Assembly: GCF_963676685.1 (NCBI RefSeq)
Contig: NC_092355.1
Coordinates: 11,656,001-11,720,000, forward strand
Direction of reading: 5' to 3'
Length of the DNA stretch: 64,000 nt
Source: Mytilus edulis
Lineage: Eukaryota
The notes beneath the pieces were generated by a model. The model had not been told where the DNA came from. It ran no database searches and worked only from the letters and a program-made list of their open reading frames with translations. The position numbers and the translations under genes are program-made. Of the stretch, positions 1-12,958 are shown piece by piece; the first letter of the stretch is position 1; each line of letters starts with the position of its first letter.

Positions 1-383
1 GTTATCTAGTATTACCTTTATTAAGTAAAAATGTAAAGCCAATGTTGACTGTATAACATACGTATAATACACTAAAAGGAGAACACAAATTATCAAGAAC
101 ATAAGACATTGCACCAACGTCTCCGACGAGACCAATATAAAGACATGTTTTACTAACAACATATGATGCATAAGATTAAAAGTCGGTCTTTCTATAAAAA
201 CATTATATGGTTAGGCTGCACACAACTGTCAGTGTGTTCTGTGTTTTATGTTATTACCAAGTTCTGTTACTAGTGTATCTTGTGGTTCACTCTTTGATTC
301 ACGACACATGATTACAAGTTTTGTAATTTTATAATTGCCCTACTTTTAACAAGTTTATATATAATCGTTGTACAACATTTCAG

Positions 384-3300
384 ATATGTTGCTACATCAA
401 AGAGAGACCCTGCAAAAGCTAGAAGACTTGCTTCTAAAGCAGTGAAGAGAGAAAGACAAGTAGAATTTTTTGTGATGGTCAAGAACGATTTGAATGGAAA
501 ATTATCAATCGTTGTTGAATGTGCCTTAAAAACTCAAGGAAAAAACAGGAGAAAATATTGGATACGCAAACGATTTTTCAAACAATCTGTGGAATATAAA
601 GAGTATATTATCAGAGAACATCAGTCATTCAGGGTAAATATGTGTATAATCGTAATATTAGATTCCCTAAAATATTGTACATAGACATATGACTTATAAT
701 CGTAAAAATGAGTTTTCTAGCGGTCTGTTCAGATGTTATAATATTGCAGCAAATTATTTGTCGTATTTTGAAGCCGTAGTTAACCGAGTGTAAACTTATA
801 AACAAAGCATGGATATTAATCACGTAAATAACATGTCAATAAGATTTTAATGTATTTCAATGACAGATCCTTGCGTATTATGATCACTGGATTTTTACGA
901 GAAAGGTCATGCTGAGTTCACTGCATACGGAAAACATATCGGCGAATTGTGTACTGGAAGCAAACAATTACTAAAGTAGTAAATGTCTTCTTAATTCGGA
1001 AAAATTAGAGAACAAAGTATATGAACATAAATATTATAAAAAAAGCCATTTAGCTATAAAAATATTAGCATCATTTATTGTCATTTGAAATTTTATATGA
1101 CTTTAACAAACATTTTTATTGATAAACTTGTTTAAAGAAAAACATTGATAGCCCTACAAGTAATAATCCTCTAGATATAACACGCACCTAATTGAAACAA
1201 CAAAAGGGAACATTGTTAATTTTATATTTGAACTGCATACCTGTGTACTTCTAATGATTCAAATATCGAGTGCTAAAATTTATACACGGATACAGACTGA
1301 CACGAAAATCACGTAATTGTTAATTGTGTGTATATGTTAGACTTTGGTGCCGTTAATTCATGTGTTTATAATTGTATTATAGGTAATGTAAATATATATA
1401 TCACTTTAAGGGCAGTAAATGTGATTAAGACATGATTTTGACATACAAGAAGCAAATATGTAAACATGATACATGCGGATACGTCAACGTATCAGACGCG
1501 GATACGATTCGCTTTTAATGCCCCACTTCTTCATGTTCTATTAATAAATGAAAATGAATCATGTGACCGGCTCTTACCAAATACACGCAATCTACATAAT
1601 TTAACCAAAGAACAGTATTTTGTAAAGCATATACATCAGTATTTTTACTTTACAATCTTTGGTGAGGCTAGCAAGTTTATATCATACAAATTCTAGTTTC
1701 ATTAACTGTTTAACCTTGAAGCCTTCTGCCAATTGTTGCTTTGTTTGAAGTTTTAGAACCAAATATCAGTACTCTGTTGTTTAATGTAAATGATATATAT
1801 GATATATTTCAATGTCGTGTAGATACTTAGTATTTTTTATTCAAATGAATGTGTTCCATTTTTTAACTCCAGATTAAATTCACTGGAAATATTGAAACAG
1901 ACAGTCTTACAGATCGGGATCAAATTGTTACATTTAATCCAAACAAAAAGAAAAACAGCGGAAATTATCGCACATTTAATTTAACGAATGATACCAAAAC
2001 ATCTACAATTCAAGGCGAGGTTAACATTGAATTGCAGGTTGTAGTGAGACAAAATGATAAGCATCACACAGCTACTGTTCAGACAGTAAATGTTAAACCT
2101 GGCTTTTTTGGAACATTTTGTCACAATTCCATTGATCACCTTGAACCTGAAACACAGGCTTCATATGGCAAAGAGTTCAAAACAGAACTAAAACTTCCTG
2201 TGGACAAACAAACTCCAGGTAATTTATTTTAAACTAAACAAGACATACAACTTCATTTAACTATTGTTTATCAGTGACGGAAAGAAAGTCAAACATCGGA
2301 TAATACCATAATTGAACAAAATTTCGTATGGAAGTTAGCCACTGTTGAACTATCTTGATTCAGACATTTTGATTCTATCATTTTTCTCCAACAAAAGGGT
2401 TAACATAGAACATATCAGCATATAGGTATTCATCTATTTTTTTTTTAAATCTTTATAGAACAAGACCAATATTGTATTTGGAACTAAGTAGTTACAATTT
2501 ATGGAGTAACCATCTACACTGAAGCGTAAATAAACGCAACATTTCGTCAAATGTAATATCCCTTCCTGGCAAAGAAACTAATGCATTTTCATTGATGTTG
2601 ATTATTCTGACTACCATGCTCTTTGTGGAACGGACATGCTATTTTTTGTAGGGTTTAAGCATTCAACAATTGATTTATCAGAGGACGATATCAGAATGTA
2701 TCATGAATAATTAAATTGTAGATACCTTGTTTACGTTGATATGTTACATTTTGATACAAAATGCAACTAATTGCCTCATTTCAGACCATGCAGTCATTGT
2801 AATGGTTGACCCAAGTGATCCTCAGTGTAAGTAATATTTGTTAGTAGTAACTGAGTCAAAGTGAAAAGTGGCGTGTTTTCAGTATTGTGTCCAGAAAAAC
2901 AAAACGAAACGGATAATTGAATTCCGTTTTTGTGTTCCCTAATATGAATTTATCATTGATTTGTGTATTCATCCCTTAAGTGAAAAGAGTATTTTGTTGA
3001 AATCAATGATACAGCATTATTAAAGTTTATCAAACCAAGCTTGCTATAAAGTATAAAGCTAAAATGCTTTGCTATTGGTTTCGAAAGCTAACATGCTTTG
3101 CTTGGGGTTTCTTGTATCTCATTTGAATGTTTTTAATAGATATAAAAAGATGTGGTATGAGTGTGGTATGAGTAAGTATGTTAAATGCATACGATGTAAT
3201 GCCAGGGACAATAAAGACGTTTCAAACGTTTTCCATGTAAAAATGAATTGCAACGTTAAATTGTGACATATCTGTATAAAATGTATGTTTTAGACACTAG

Positions 3301-5314
3301 TTTGAACACGAGTACATGGGCTACCCAAGTTTAAAATATAAACATTATGTGTTATTTTATGGAGATTATTTGATCAATTTGTAACGGAAAGACATGTACA
3401 ACAAACCGAAATTTTCAGTAAATGTCCAAAATGTACATTGACCCATCTATCTCTTTTTTTTACACATGTAGGTACTATGTATATTGTGATGTCCACACTT
3501 TAATGAATTTAGCTTCTTTGTTTTTCATAGCATCCCGAAATATTTTATAGATTCTTGTACAAGACAGCTTGACCTCATACACTGTGTCTCAGATTTCCAA
3601 AAACATCAATTGAACAAATTTTATACCACATTGAATTTAGTGATCTCTTATGAATTAATGTTGCAAACTTCATTAAAGATTTATGAGAGAATGAAATACA
3701 ATAGGAAAAATCTGAGACACAGTTTTGGAGGTCAAACTGTGTTGTGCAAGAATCTATAAAATATTTCGGGGTGCTATGAATAACAAAGAAGCTAAATTCA
3801 TTCAAGTATGGACATCACAATATAGCAACTAATTGCATAACAATTAATTATGTAATAATTATGTCATCATGAAATTATCACAATGTATAAGATAAATCAT
3901 TCTTCCTTCTTTTGGTACCTTATTTTTAAAGTTTAAAGAAGGATGAGTGGAATTACATCAGTTTAAAGATGTCTGATTGAGGATGAAAATTCTTTGTATT
4001 GTGCTACCTTAAGTTAGCAAAATTTGATGCATGATTGCAGATATTTAATGTGATGTTTTATGAAAAAGAACCAACTTATAAGAATAAAACTGATAAATAT
4101 TAATATTTTTAGTGTAGATCATTTTTTGTTGTATTTTTAATGTTTAAAATTGGTGTTTCTTTAGCCGGAAAAAAACGTACGGTCACTTTATCTTTTTTTT
4201 TTATACTCTCAAAGCATTGTCTGAAAGCGATCTTTTCATAATGTATTTTACAACTCTATCATTTAGTTTAGTTTCTAATCACAAAATGTGTTTTTTCCTG
4301 TAAAATCCATACAAAATACCTGTAGCTTGAGAAAATGCGCGATGACCTATCATTTCAATTATATTTTTGAACATATATTAAAAGATAATACGCTTTGGCA
4401 AAGTATGAACAAGTTCTATCATTTTTATTTTAGACGCTCATACCACCTTAAACGAGTATTCTAATTTCTTTCTGTATTCAATGACAGTACTTAATTAAAC
4501 TATGCGTGCTTTAAAGCCAACATGGTGTGCTTTTTATGCATATATATTGCATATTTTGATTCAATGTCTATATTTTAAAGTCTTCTGTACTATCATTTGT
4601 TTGTCTTTTTATTTTTAGCTATGACGTTATCATTTAATTTTCAATCCATGAGTTTGAATGTCCCTCTGTTATCTTTTGTCCCCTTTTAAATCAAATGATT
4701 TATTTAGGAATATATTAACACGAGAAATCAGGCTGCATTTATCGAAAAGGTGTATTGTGACCCGTTTTACATCTTTATATCTATATGAATGATAGATAGA
4801 AAGAGTAACCTTGAATTCGTTTATTTTCGTGGGTACCACTTTGAATGGATTGAACAAAACTTTCACTTTCATGTACATCTAATTTCATAGTTTTGCCAAA
4901 TATTATATACAAACCTATGGAAAGTTAGTTATTCGTTGAACGTTAAATGTTTGGTTCACGAAAATTGGTATCCAACGAAAAATAATCAATCCACAGTATT
5001 ACATCAGGATAACTTTCTGTTATGCAGGTACCATTCCAGTACTCAGAAAGAATTCTATTCGGCGAATAGTAAGTACCTTGAGTGAAGAGAACTGCTATAA
5101 TCTTGGACAACATTTGAATATTTCTACAAACAGAATGAATAAGTTAAGAAATGAAGGAACAATAAGAGAAAGACTTCTTCCGACATGGAGACCAAATCGG
5201 CCCAACGAAAGACTAGTTTACAATCTTGTAGAAGCTTTGAGAGCAATCGATAAAGACGAAGAGGCAGATAATATCGAGGAAGCATTTTCAAGCAACATGG
5301 AATACTTAGATTAA
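384..5314 (+). CDS. 3' part of a spliced death-domain protein (UPA-like domain plus C-terminal death domain; DTHD1/PIDD/ankyrin-like architecture). Exons 384-633, 1873-2218, 2785-2826, 5028-5314. The 5' end lies upstream of the window.
   Basis: Canonical AG/GT boundaries with matching phases give one open frame. The exon 1-2 junction reads IREHQSFR|IKFTGNI, resembling the UPA region of ZU5-UPA-DD proteins. The last exon (IRRIVSTLSEENCYNLGQHLNIS...LLPTW...LVEALRAIDKDEEADNIEE) has the death-domain pattern. AATAAA occurs at ~5534 and ~5598. Confidence 0.8.
3480..3824. mobile_element. Fold-back MITE in the death-domain gene intron
   Basis: Imperfect ~120-bp inverted arms: TATATTGTGATGTCC...CTCAGATTT (3480-3597) versus AAATCTGAGACAC...GGACATCACAATATA (~3707-3824). 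TA at both ends. Confidence 0.8.
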
Positions 5315-7311
5315 CCACCGTTCAAAACAATTATACATATGTGTCTACTTTGATGACACAATCTTAGTAAATATAAGAGAAAAACTAAGTTAGTTGATTG
5401 CCCTCTATTTGGCATATATCGTTATATGTTTTTTTTTACTTCTTCTTAGTCCTTTCTTCCCCATACATTTACTTTCTAAGCACATCTTTTCTAGCATAAT
5501 TGGATTCACATTTAAAACGAATTGGGGGTAGACAATAAACATCTATTCGTTTAAGCATTACAATCGTATTGTTTGATTAAATGTTTGATTTATCAAACAA
5601 TAAAAGTAAAATTACAAAAATATCGAATTTCAAGTGTCTTAGAGATATGTTCACTGTTAGATACCAGTACTTTTATAAGATTATTTTGTGTTATTTTGGT
5701 TAAATTGAGTAAAATATCAGATGTGTAATTGTTTTTCAAAAAGTGTTTGTGTTGTATTGGGGTGGGAAGAGATCAGCTTTGCAAACATGGTTGACCAGGG
5801 CATTTTTTTTTAGTTAGTTGTCGCAAAGGAAATGATTATCAATTCATTTGCTGTTGTTGTCTTCTTCAAAATTTGTTTTTGTTCATTGTCGTTTGATTAG
5901 TTGCTATTTCAGTGAACACAAACTGTAAACCGATACTAACCGTGTATATACTCACATGATGCAAAGGTCATACAATGCCGCATGAATTTCATTCGCATCA
6001 CAATGTTTCAGTCAATTACTTTAAATTCTTCCTAGGTTATAAAGCTTGGTTTTGAAGTTTGGATAACACATCCTCACTTTCTTTTCCGGAGATTTCGTTT
6101 ACCGTCCCGGAAATTTAGAACCATCCGCGTAATTTGTTTATACTTTACATAAATTTATCATGAAAAGTGATTAACTCATCACTGTCATTAGATCTTTGAA
6201 TAATGTCTCAAATGGTATTTAAAATATTGTTTTGCTATCAGTCATTTAAAGGCCAACCAAATATTATTGTTAAAAACATTTGTATGCAGTTGCAATCTCT
6301 CGATTATTAAATCTTGAAATTGCACAAGGTCATGTTTTTCTATTTATAAGGCATTTTCATTAAATCAGTTTGATGTTGAATGTGTTGTAATTGATAATTC
6401 AGTCTTATTTACATGGTTTTTTTTATATAAGTTTTTTTAGAGTTTGAACTACCTGCCAGTGACTTCGAGAACTCTCAGAGGTAAACTTAGTATCTTTCTG
6501 TTGTTGGAATGTACAAGTACCCGCTCACATCCACGTGATTTTGTTATATGTATTTATATTTGAATCTATCCGATGAATTGTATAGTTCATTCTTATGTTG
6601 TACTGTTAAACCACTGTAGCAGGTTGAGGGAAGTTGGGATCCTGCTTACATGTTAAACCCTGCAACATGTTGTATGTATGTGGCTGTCCCAAGTCGGGAC
6701 CTTGTACTTAAGTCGATGTCATTTGTTGATTTGTTACATATTTGGTTTCCTTTTTTTCTTTTTTTTTCTTAACTTTTCCAAATATGTGGATGTAAGCAAT
6801 TTAAAGCTACCAAACGGCCTTCAACGATGATACGGCAAAATCTGCTCTTAAGGATTACGACATGAAAAAAACTCAATAAGGAAAACTAAAGACATTATTC
6901 AAAACAAAATGTTTACAAAAACAAATATCATAAACATAAAAAAAATGACCCCCACTGAAATACGGACTCCTGCCTAGGCACAGGCACATACAGAATGTGA
7001 CGGGTTAAACAGGTCATGAATGCTTAACCCTCCCCTACCCCTGGGTAGTGGTGTAACTGCATAACATAAGATCGAACAATCAAAATGAATTGAAAATGCC
7101 TTACTCATTTCATTTTACTATAAGGAGATTTTTGTTTTGGCAGATGATGCATGCATAACAATATAAGCGTTCTTATAGCCGAATCATCCATTTGGCGTCT
7201 GTTCAATATGCATGCGATTCCTCGGTCTGTCTGTGTTACTTTAGGTCATCTTCTAAACAGAATTATACAGCTAAAACAACTGAGATCATGATATACGTTA
7301 TTTGTTTTCCT

Positions 7312-10300
7312 TATTGTTGAATGACGTATAGTCACCATCAATTTCAACAGGAATACATATTATTCGTGCCCTTTTTGTGACTCAGAACTCTAACCATTTT
7401 TTACCGTTTTATTATTCTCAAGGAACTGTGTACTTTGAAAATTCAATTACGTACTTATTCATAAAACACGTCTTTACCTTGTTAGTTTTACAATGGTTCA
7501 ATATGGTTGATAAAGGCAACAGTAGTATAACTGTATTTAAAATTCATAAATCGATTGAAACATATAAACGAACTACAGTTAACTCTCGTTGTCTCGAACT
7601 CGGTTGACTCGAAATTTCGGATGAGTCGAAGTTTTCACTTGGTCCCGAACTTTATTCCATACAAAAGTATGTAATTCGACTCCTGATGAGTCGAAATTGG
7701 ATGAGTCGAAATGTCGGTTGAGTCGACCTAAATCTACGGTCCCAAGGTTAACAAAAGCATTCAAAATTCATTTTTTATCTCGAACTAATACACATATGTC
7801 AAAACATGACCTCCGGGATTTAAATTGATTGAAGAGTTAATCTGACAATAAAAGTGTAATTAAATTTCCGGTCATTGACCACTGTATTGATTTTTGACAT
7901 GCTATTTCCATGAGTGTTTACCTAAGATTATCTTTTATAGAATTTTGATAAATAATTAGTGATACATTGTTAATGTTCATGAAAAAGTATTTAAAATGTT
8001 TACAAAACAATTAATTTGTGATTTACACTAATGAGCTTGGGTGTGTATAAAGTGAGGATTATGGCTTCAGTTGATGATCACCTAAAAACTACTCAAACGG
8101 CGTCTTTGATCTTGTTATATTTTCTTTTGAAAAGAAAGAGTGAGATAAAACAAAATGAATAGAAATAAAAATTTTCTTAAATCTTTTGTATCCGAGAAAA
8201 AACAATTTTGTCAGCTATAACCGACCTGAATAACGAAACTATCGATTGGAATTTACACTCTTGGAAAAGCCATAGGATTTTTTTTAATTGAAACAATTGA
8301 ATAAGTAAAAATAATATAATTATAATAATAAAAGACTGACATACAAACACATCGATCTGATACTAGAATATCGATCCCCTTGCCATATTCACCCAGATTT
8401 ATTTAAGCTTTACCAAGCTTAGCAAGAGTTGTGTCCCTTAGATTGTCGAACTTCCGGTGTTCGTTTGAGTCGAACTACGTGTATCTCGAAATATTTCTCT
8501 GGTCCGGCTGACTTCGACATAACGAGAGTCGACTGTATTTGAACAACTGTCATATTCCTGACTTGGTGCAGGACATTTAAAGAAAAATTGTGGGTTGATC
8601 CTGGTTTAAACCTACTGCTTTAAGACTATGTTACAAAATCGCTAAACACTACGCGACAGAAATACACACAATAACATTGAAAATATAGAAATGCACCAAC
8701 AAATAGTACTAGAAAACACTAGTTCAAGTTGAGAACTATTGAAAATGTAATGCTGATACACAACTTCGGTTCGTGTTTCTCAAACTGTTTTGTTTATTTT
8801 GTTATTTCTTCCATGAGAACTTGAATGTCCAGTTAGTAGTTTCTGGCTAGGAGTTAAACTGGTTTTCCATGAACAGAGAAAATAACTCAAAGTCGACGAG
8901 GAAAACCTAGAAAACTGATGATTTAAACTTTTTTAGTGGGTATAATTTGTAGTATTTCTTTTTTTTTTTTCGAAGCTGCGTATCAAGTTATGTCTCTGTG
9001 TATACGTATGGTCCAAAAACGGAGTAAAGAACTAAAAGACTATATAAGTGTGTATCAAGTCTTAAATATACGCATTTAAATTATATAGTTTTTCCAACAT
9101 GATATATGTCCGTGTGTTAAAAAAATGTCAAAAAAACACAAACTGGTTTCTTCGTTCGTCAGATCAATTAGTTTTTGTTTATTAAGTAATTAGAACTTGC
9201 TTACGAGTCAAAACGAAAGAAGTCTGTAATTTGTGTTAATTTGTTTGTAACTTTAACATGTTTCATATAAAGATGAAGCTGTTTTACGTGTTTGCCAAAA
9301 AAAATGTAAAATAAACAAAAATCACTAAATTGTTTTTTAACCTTTATTTGTATCTAATTGACTGATTTATGAATATTAAACTTCAGTTGGCCGTAGTAGA
9401 TAAATTAAAAACCGTCATGTCATCATTATTAACCTAAATATTGACATAGTGACAACGTTACTCTCCAATCCTCAAGGGGAAAATATTGTTCAGATCATGA
9501 TTTTCTTTTAGATGGAAGAGTTTTGATTAACATTTAAAAAACGTTGATTTGTTATTATTTTCGTCTCTATTTAAAACGATGCGCAGTGTATTTGTAGTTT
9601 TATAACTGCATTTAGGTTAAATGTATTAACGGCACACTGTCATTTGAATACTAATACGACGTAATCATTGTAGCTTTTTTGATATCATATACGAAAAAAA
9701 TGGCCTTATGGAAACTTTCGGTAAAACAAGCTAAATGATACTGTTATCGTTGATTTAAATACAAGTGCACCATTTTACGAAAAATAGTTCAGAAATAATT
9801 TTATCAAACCCTCATTTGGCAACATTGTTGTTGCACGTTTTGCACTTAAACAATTAAACCCACCAAGGATAAATGACAGAAATATGTATTTCAATCCTGT
9901 TGTTTATTATTCATGTTATTAGAAGAAACTATATCGATCACCATCAAATAAATGATTTAAAAAGATACAAATAATCATCGACATACTGCTATTGACATGT
10001 TCAAAAATTTGCAAAATCAGGATGTATGACCTATTAATGAAAATGTTTATCCCCTTTAAAATCAAACATGTGATTTAAACATTTGTATTGGATACATCAA
10101 TCAGGAAGTTTTGGCAAAAATGATCCTATATTTGACCTCAACAATTATAATACACATCAGATAAATATCTATATTCAATATTTTAAAACCACATGCAATA
10201 TATTAAAATCCTTTTATATTTTTGTAATAGTTAATTACAACGACGGCAGCCATAAATGTATATTATAAATGAGTTTATCGATGTCGAGAAATCAGAGACA

Positions 10301-11506
10301 ACCGGAAGTATTCAGAAATCATGGAAACACGAACACAGTCAAGATAACATACACATATTGTTGAATACCATATAGTCACCATCAATTTCAACAGAATTAT
10401 ATATTATTCGTGCCGTTTAATAATTTGTGTGACTCGTCCTTACTGGTATATTATTCGCAAGGAACTGTGTACTTTGGAAGTTCAATTACGTACTAATATA
10501 TAAAGAAAACTCTTCACCAATGCAAGCCAGTTCTTTATCGTGTTTGTTATACAAAAATGCTTTGATATGGTTGAAGAAGGCAACAGTAGTATACCTGTGT
10601 TCAAAAGTTATAAATCGATTGAAACATATAAACTAACTTTTTGAAAAACTGTCATATGCCTGACTTAGGGCAAGACATTTCAAGAAAAAATAGTAGATCG
10701 ATCCTGGTTTTAAGGATAGCCAAACATCCTGCTTTATGACCATATTACAGAATCGCTAAACATTATTAATGACACATTGTCAATATTTTCACATACATTT
10801 CAAAACTTAAAATACCAAACGGTGTGTTCATTGTAGCGTTTGTGATATACGAAAAAACATGGCCTTAGTATAACTTTCAGTAAAACAAGCTGAATGATAC
10901 TGTTATCGTTAATTTAAATACATAAGCACCATTTTACGAAAAATCGTTCACAAATAATTCTATAAACCTTCATTTGGCCACATTGTTTTTGCACGTTTTG
11001 CACTTAAACAATGAAACCCACCAAAGTTAAATGACAGAAATATGTATTCCAATCCTGTTGTTTATTATTAAAAGAAACTATATCGAGGAGCATGAAATAA
11101 ATGATTTTTAAACAGATACAAAACAATCATCGACATACTGCTATTGACAAGTTAAAAAATTTGCAAAATCAGGATGTATGACCTATTAATCAAAATATTT
11201 AACCCCTTTAAATTGAAACATGTAATTTAAACATTTTCATTGGATACATCTATCAGGAAGTTTTGCAGAGTTTGGTTCTATATTTGAACTAAACAATTGT
11301 TACACACAGAAGATAAATATCTAAATTCAATATTGTATAACCACATGCCAGATCTTTAAATCCTTTGATATTTTTGTAATAATTAACTACAATAAAGGCA
11401 GACATAAATGTATATTATTAACGAGTTTATCGATGTCGAGAAATCAGAGACAACCGGAAGTATTTAGAAACCTAGGAAACACGAACACTGTCAAGATAAC
11501 ATACAC
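7312..11506 (+). repeat. Head-to-tail tandem duplication (copy 1 ~7312-10355, copy 2 ~10356-11506)
   Basis: TATTGTTGAAT...TATAGTCACCATCAATTTCAACAG occurs at 7312 and 10356. 9660-10355 aligns with 10830-11506. Copy 1 additionally carries the MITE at 7576-8535 and ~1 kb around 8660-9660. Confidence 0.9.
7576..8535. mobile_element. Non-autonomous Tc1/mariner (pogo/Tigger-like) MITE
   Basis: TA-CAGTTAACTCTCGTTGTCTCGAA ... TTCGACATAACGAGAGTCGACTG-TA gives ~23-bp TIRs with CAGT termini and a TA TSD. Repeated GAGTCGAA subterminal motifs. The empty site is visible in the duplicate copy at ~10630-10650. Confidence 0.9.
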
Positions 11507-11520
11507 CAGAGAAAGTAAGA
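11420..11520 (+). promoter_or_regulatory. Putative promoter/first non-coding exon of the membrane-protein gene
   Basis: TATCGAT (DRE-like) and ACCGGAAGT (ETS consensus) followed by an AAA|GTAAGA donor at 11515. A paralogous copy lacking the donor lies at ~10270-10355. Confidence 0.45.
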
Positions 11521-12110
11521 TTATCTATAAATCTAATTTGACGTTCTTCAAACGTTTTTTTTTTAAATGTGCACACCTTTTGTAAAAAATTAGAATATAT
11601 TAATATGTCGATGACGTCCAATGTAAGAATGAACGGGTTTTTTTTTGTTTGTTTTTTTTGGAAAATGCACGAATAAGAAACTGAGAGCCGTCAAAACATG
11701 ACAACATAAACACATGATGATAAACATTTGTTCAATGTCTACATCTTCCTAAACGAAAGAAATGTAGTCAATTAAATGCATCAAAATTTGTTAAAAGTAT
11801 GTTTTTGTATATCATTCAAGAATTTCACACATTTAATTTTCTTCGTTGTTTACGTTATTATCATAAATATAAATGCGTTCAAATTCGGGAACAACAAGCA
11901 TTCGTCGTCACTTTAAGCTATTCGATCTTAAAAGTAATGCTGCATTTGTCCTTTTAGAATAGAAAAAAGTCCATGAATCATGTTTCAGTTTTGGGTTGCT
12001 TAACTTACACTTTAATGCATCAACACGAGACACAAACAACGTTCAAATATTGGTGACGTTTATTATTTGCACAGCTTAATTATTTGTAATGTGGAATCGG
12101 TAATAATTGA

Positions 12111-12740
12111 GAAATAATTAATCGGGGCTTGAATATATCGTGCTTTTACCACGGGTTGGCTCTTTATGACAAATGTCTTACTCCGAGCGAAAGCGAGGGG
12201 TAAAATATCGGCATAAAGGAACAAACCCGTGGTAAAATCTAGATATATATTCAAGCCCCTATGAATTATTTCGAATCTAATAGGACAAATACGGCAATTC
12301 TTTTGGATCGAAGCGCTCTATTTGGAAGCAAATATTTGCCGTTCCCATAAATAAACGCACTATTAAATTGTCTTAAAAGAACAGAGCTAACTGACTAAGT
12401 GACATGCTTAAACTATTTACCATTACGTATTTAGATCGTTTTGGATGAGTTAAAATGATAATTGACTTATATGTCTTATATGTTTTAAAAAAGGCTTATA
12501 CCACATTTAAGCATTGTTTGCTTACGTTTCCTTTTTGCGATGATCTTCGGTTTCAGAAACGTGTATTTTCCCAAAAAATGCGTATTTTTTTTCGTCATTG
12601 TTCAATGACGTCGGGAAGCTTATTCATAAAAAAATATATGACGTGGGAGAATGATCGGTACAGTCCTGGCAATATATTCATATTTTACAACGGGTGTGTA
12701 CTCAAAGCTTTTGAAGGAAGATAGGTTAGAATTGAATATA
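12111..12740. mobile_element. Non-autonomous element with a terminal 160-bp hairpin (Crypton-like)
   Basis: Palindrome at 12111-12272 (GGGGCTTGAATATAT...TTTTACCACGGGTT / AACCCGTGGTAAAA...ATATATTCAAGCCCC) centred on CCGAGCGAAAGCGAGG. Short inverted match at ~12725-12740. The family call is from pattern recall only. Confidence 0.5.
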
Positions 12741-12958
12741 ATGGTCGGAATTGAATATTTTACAGTTTGTACAAGATGCGTTATTTCTTAATTATCAATA
12801 CCTGTAATAACTCTATCACTTTTCTTTGGTTGTATAGGAAATGACTACTCTGCTCGCCATGTAATTTTTCTCAATTGATGTTTATCAGCATTTGTTGTAT
12901 GAATTACTTTAACTAGTCTTGTTGACATTGAACTTTCGCAATTTTGCATTTCTTTCAG

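Noticed and set aside
868-975. Extra exon of the death-domain gene
   Set aside because: It reaches a stop in the required phase, and exon 384-633 joins 1873 cleanly without it.
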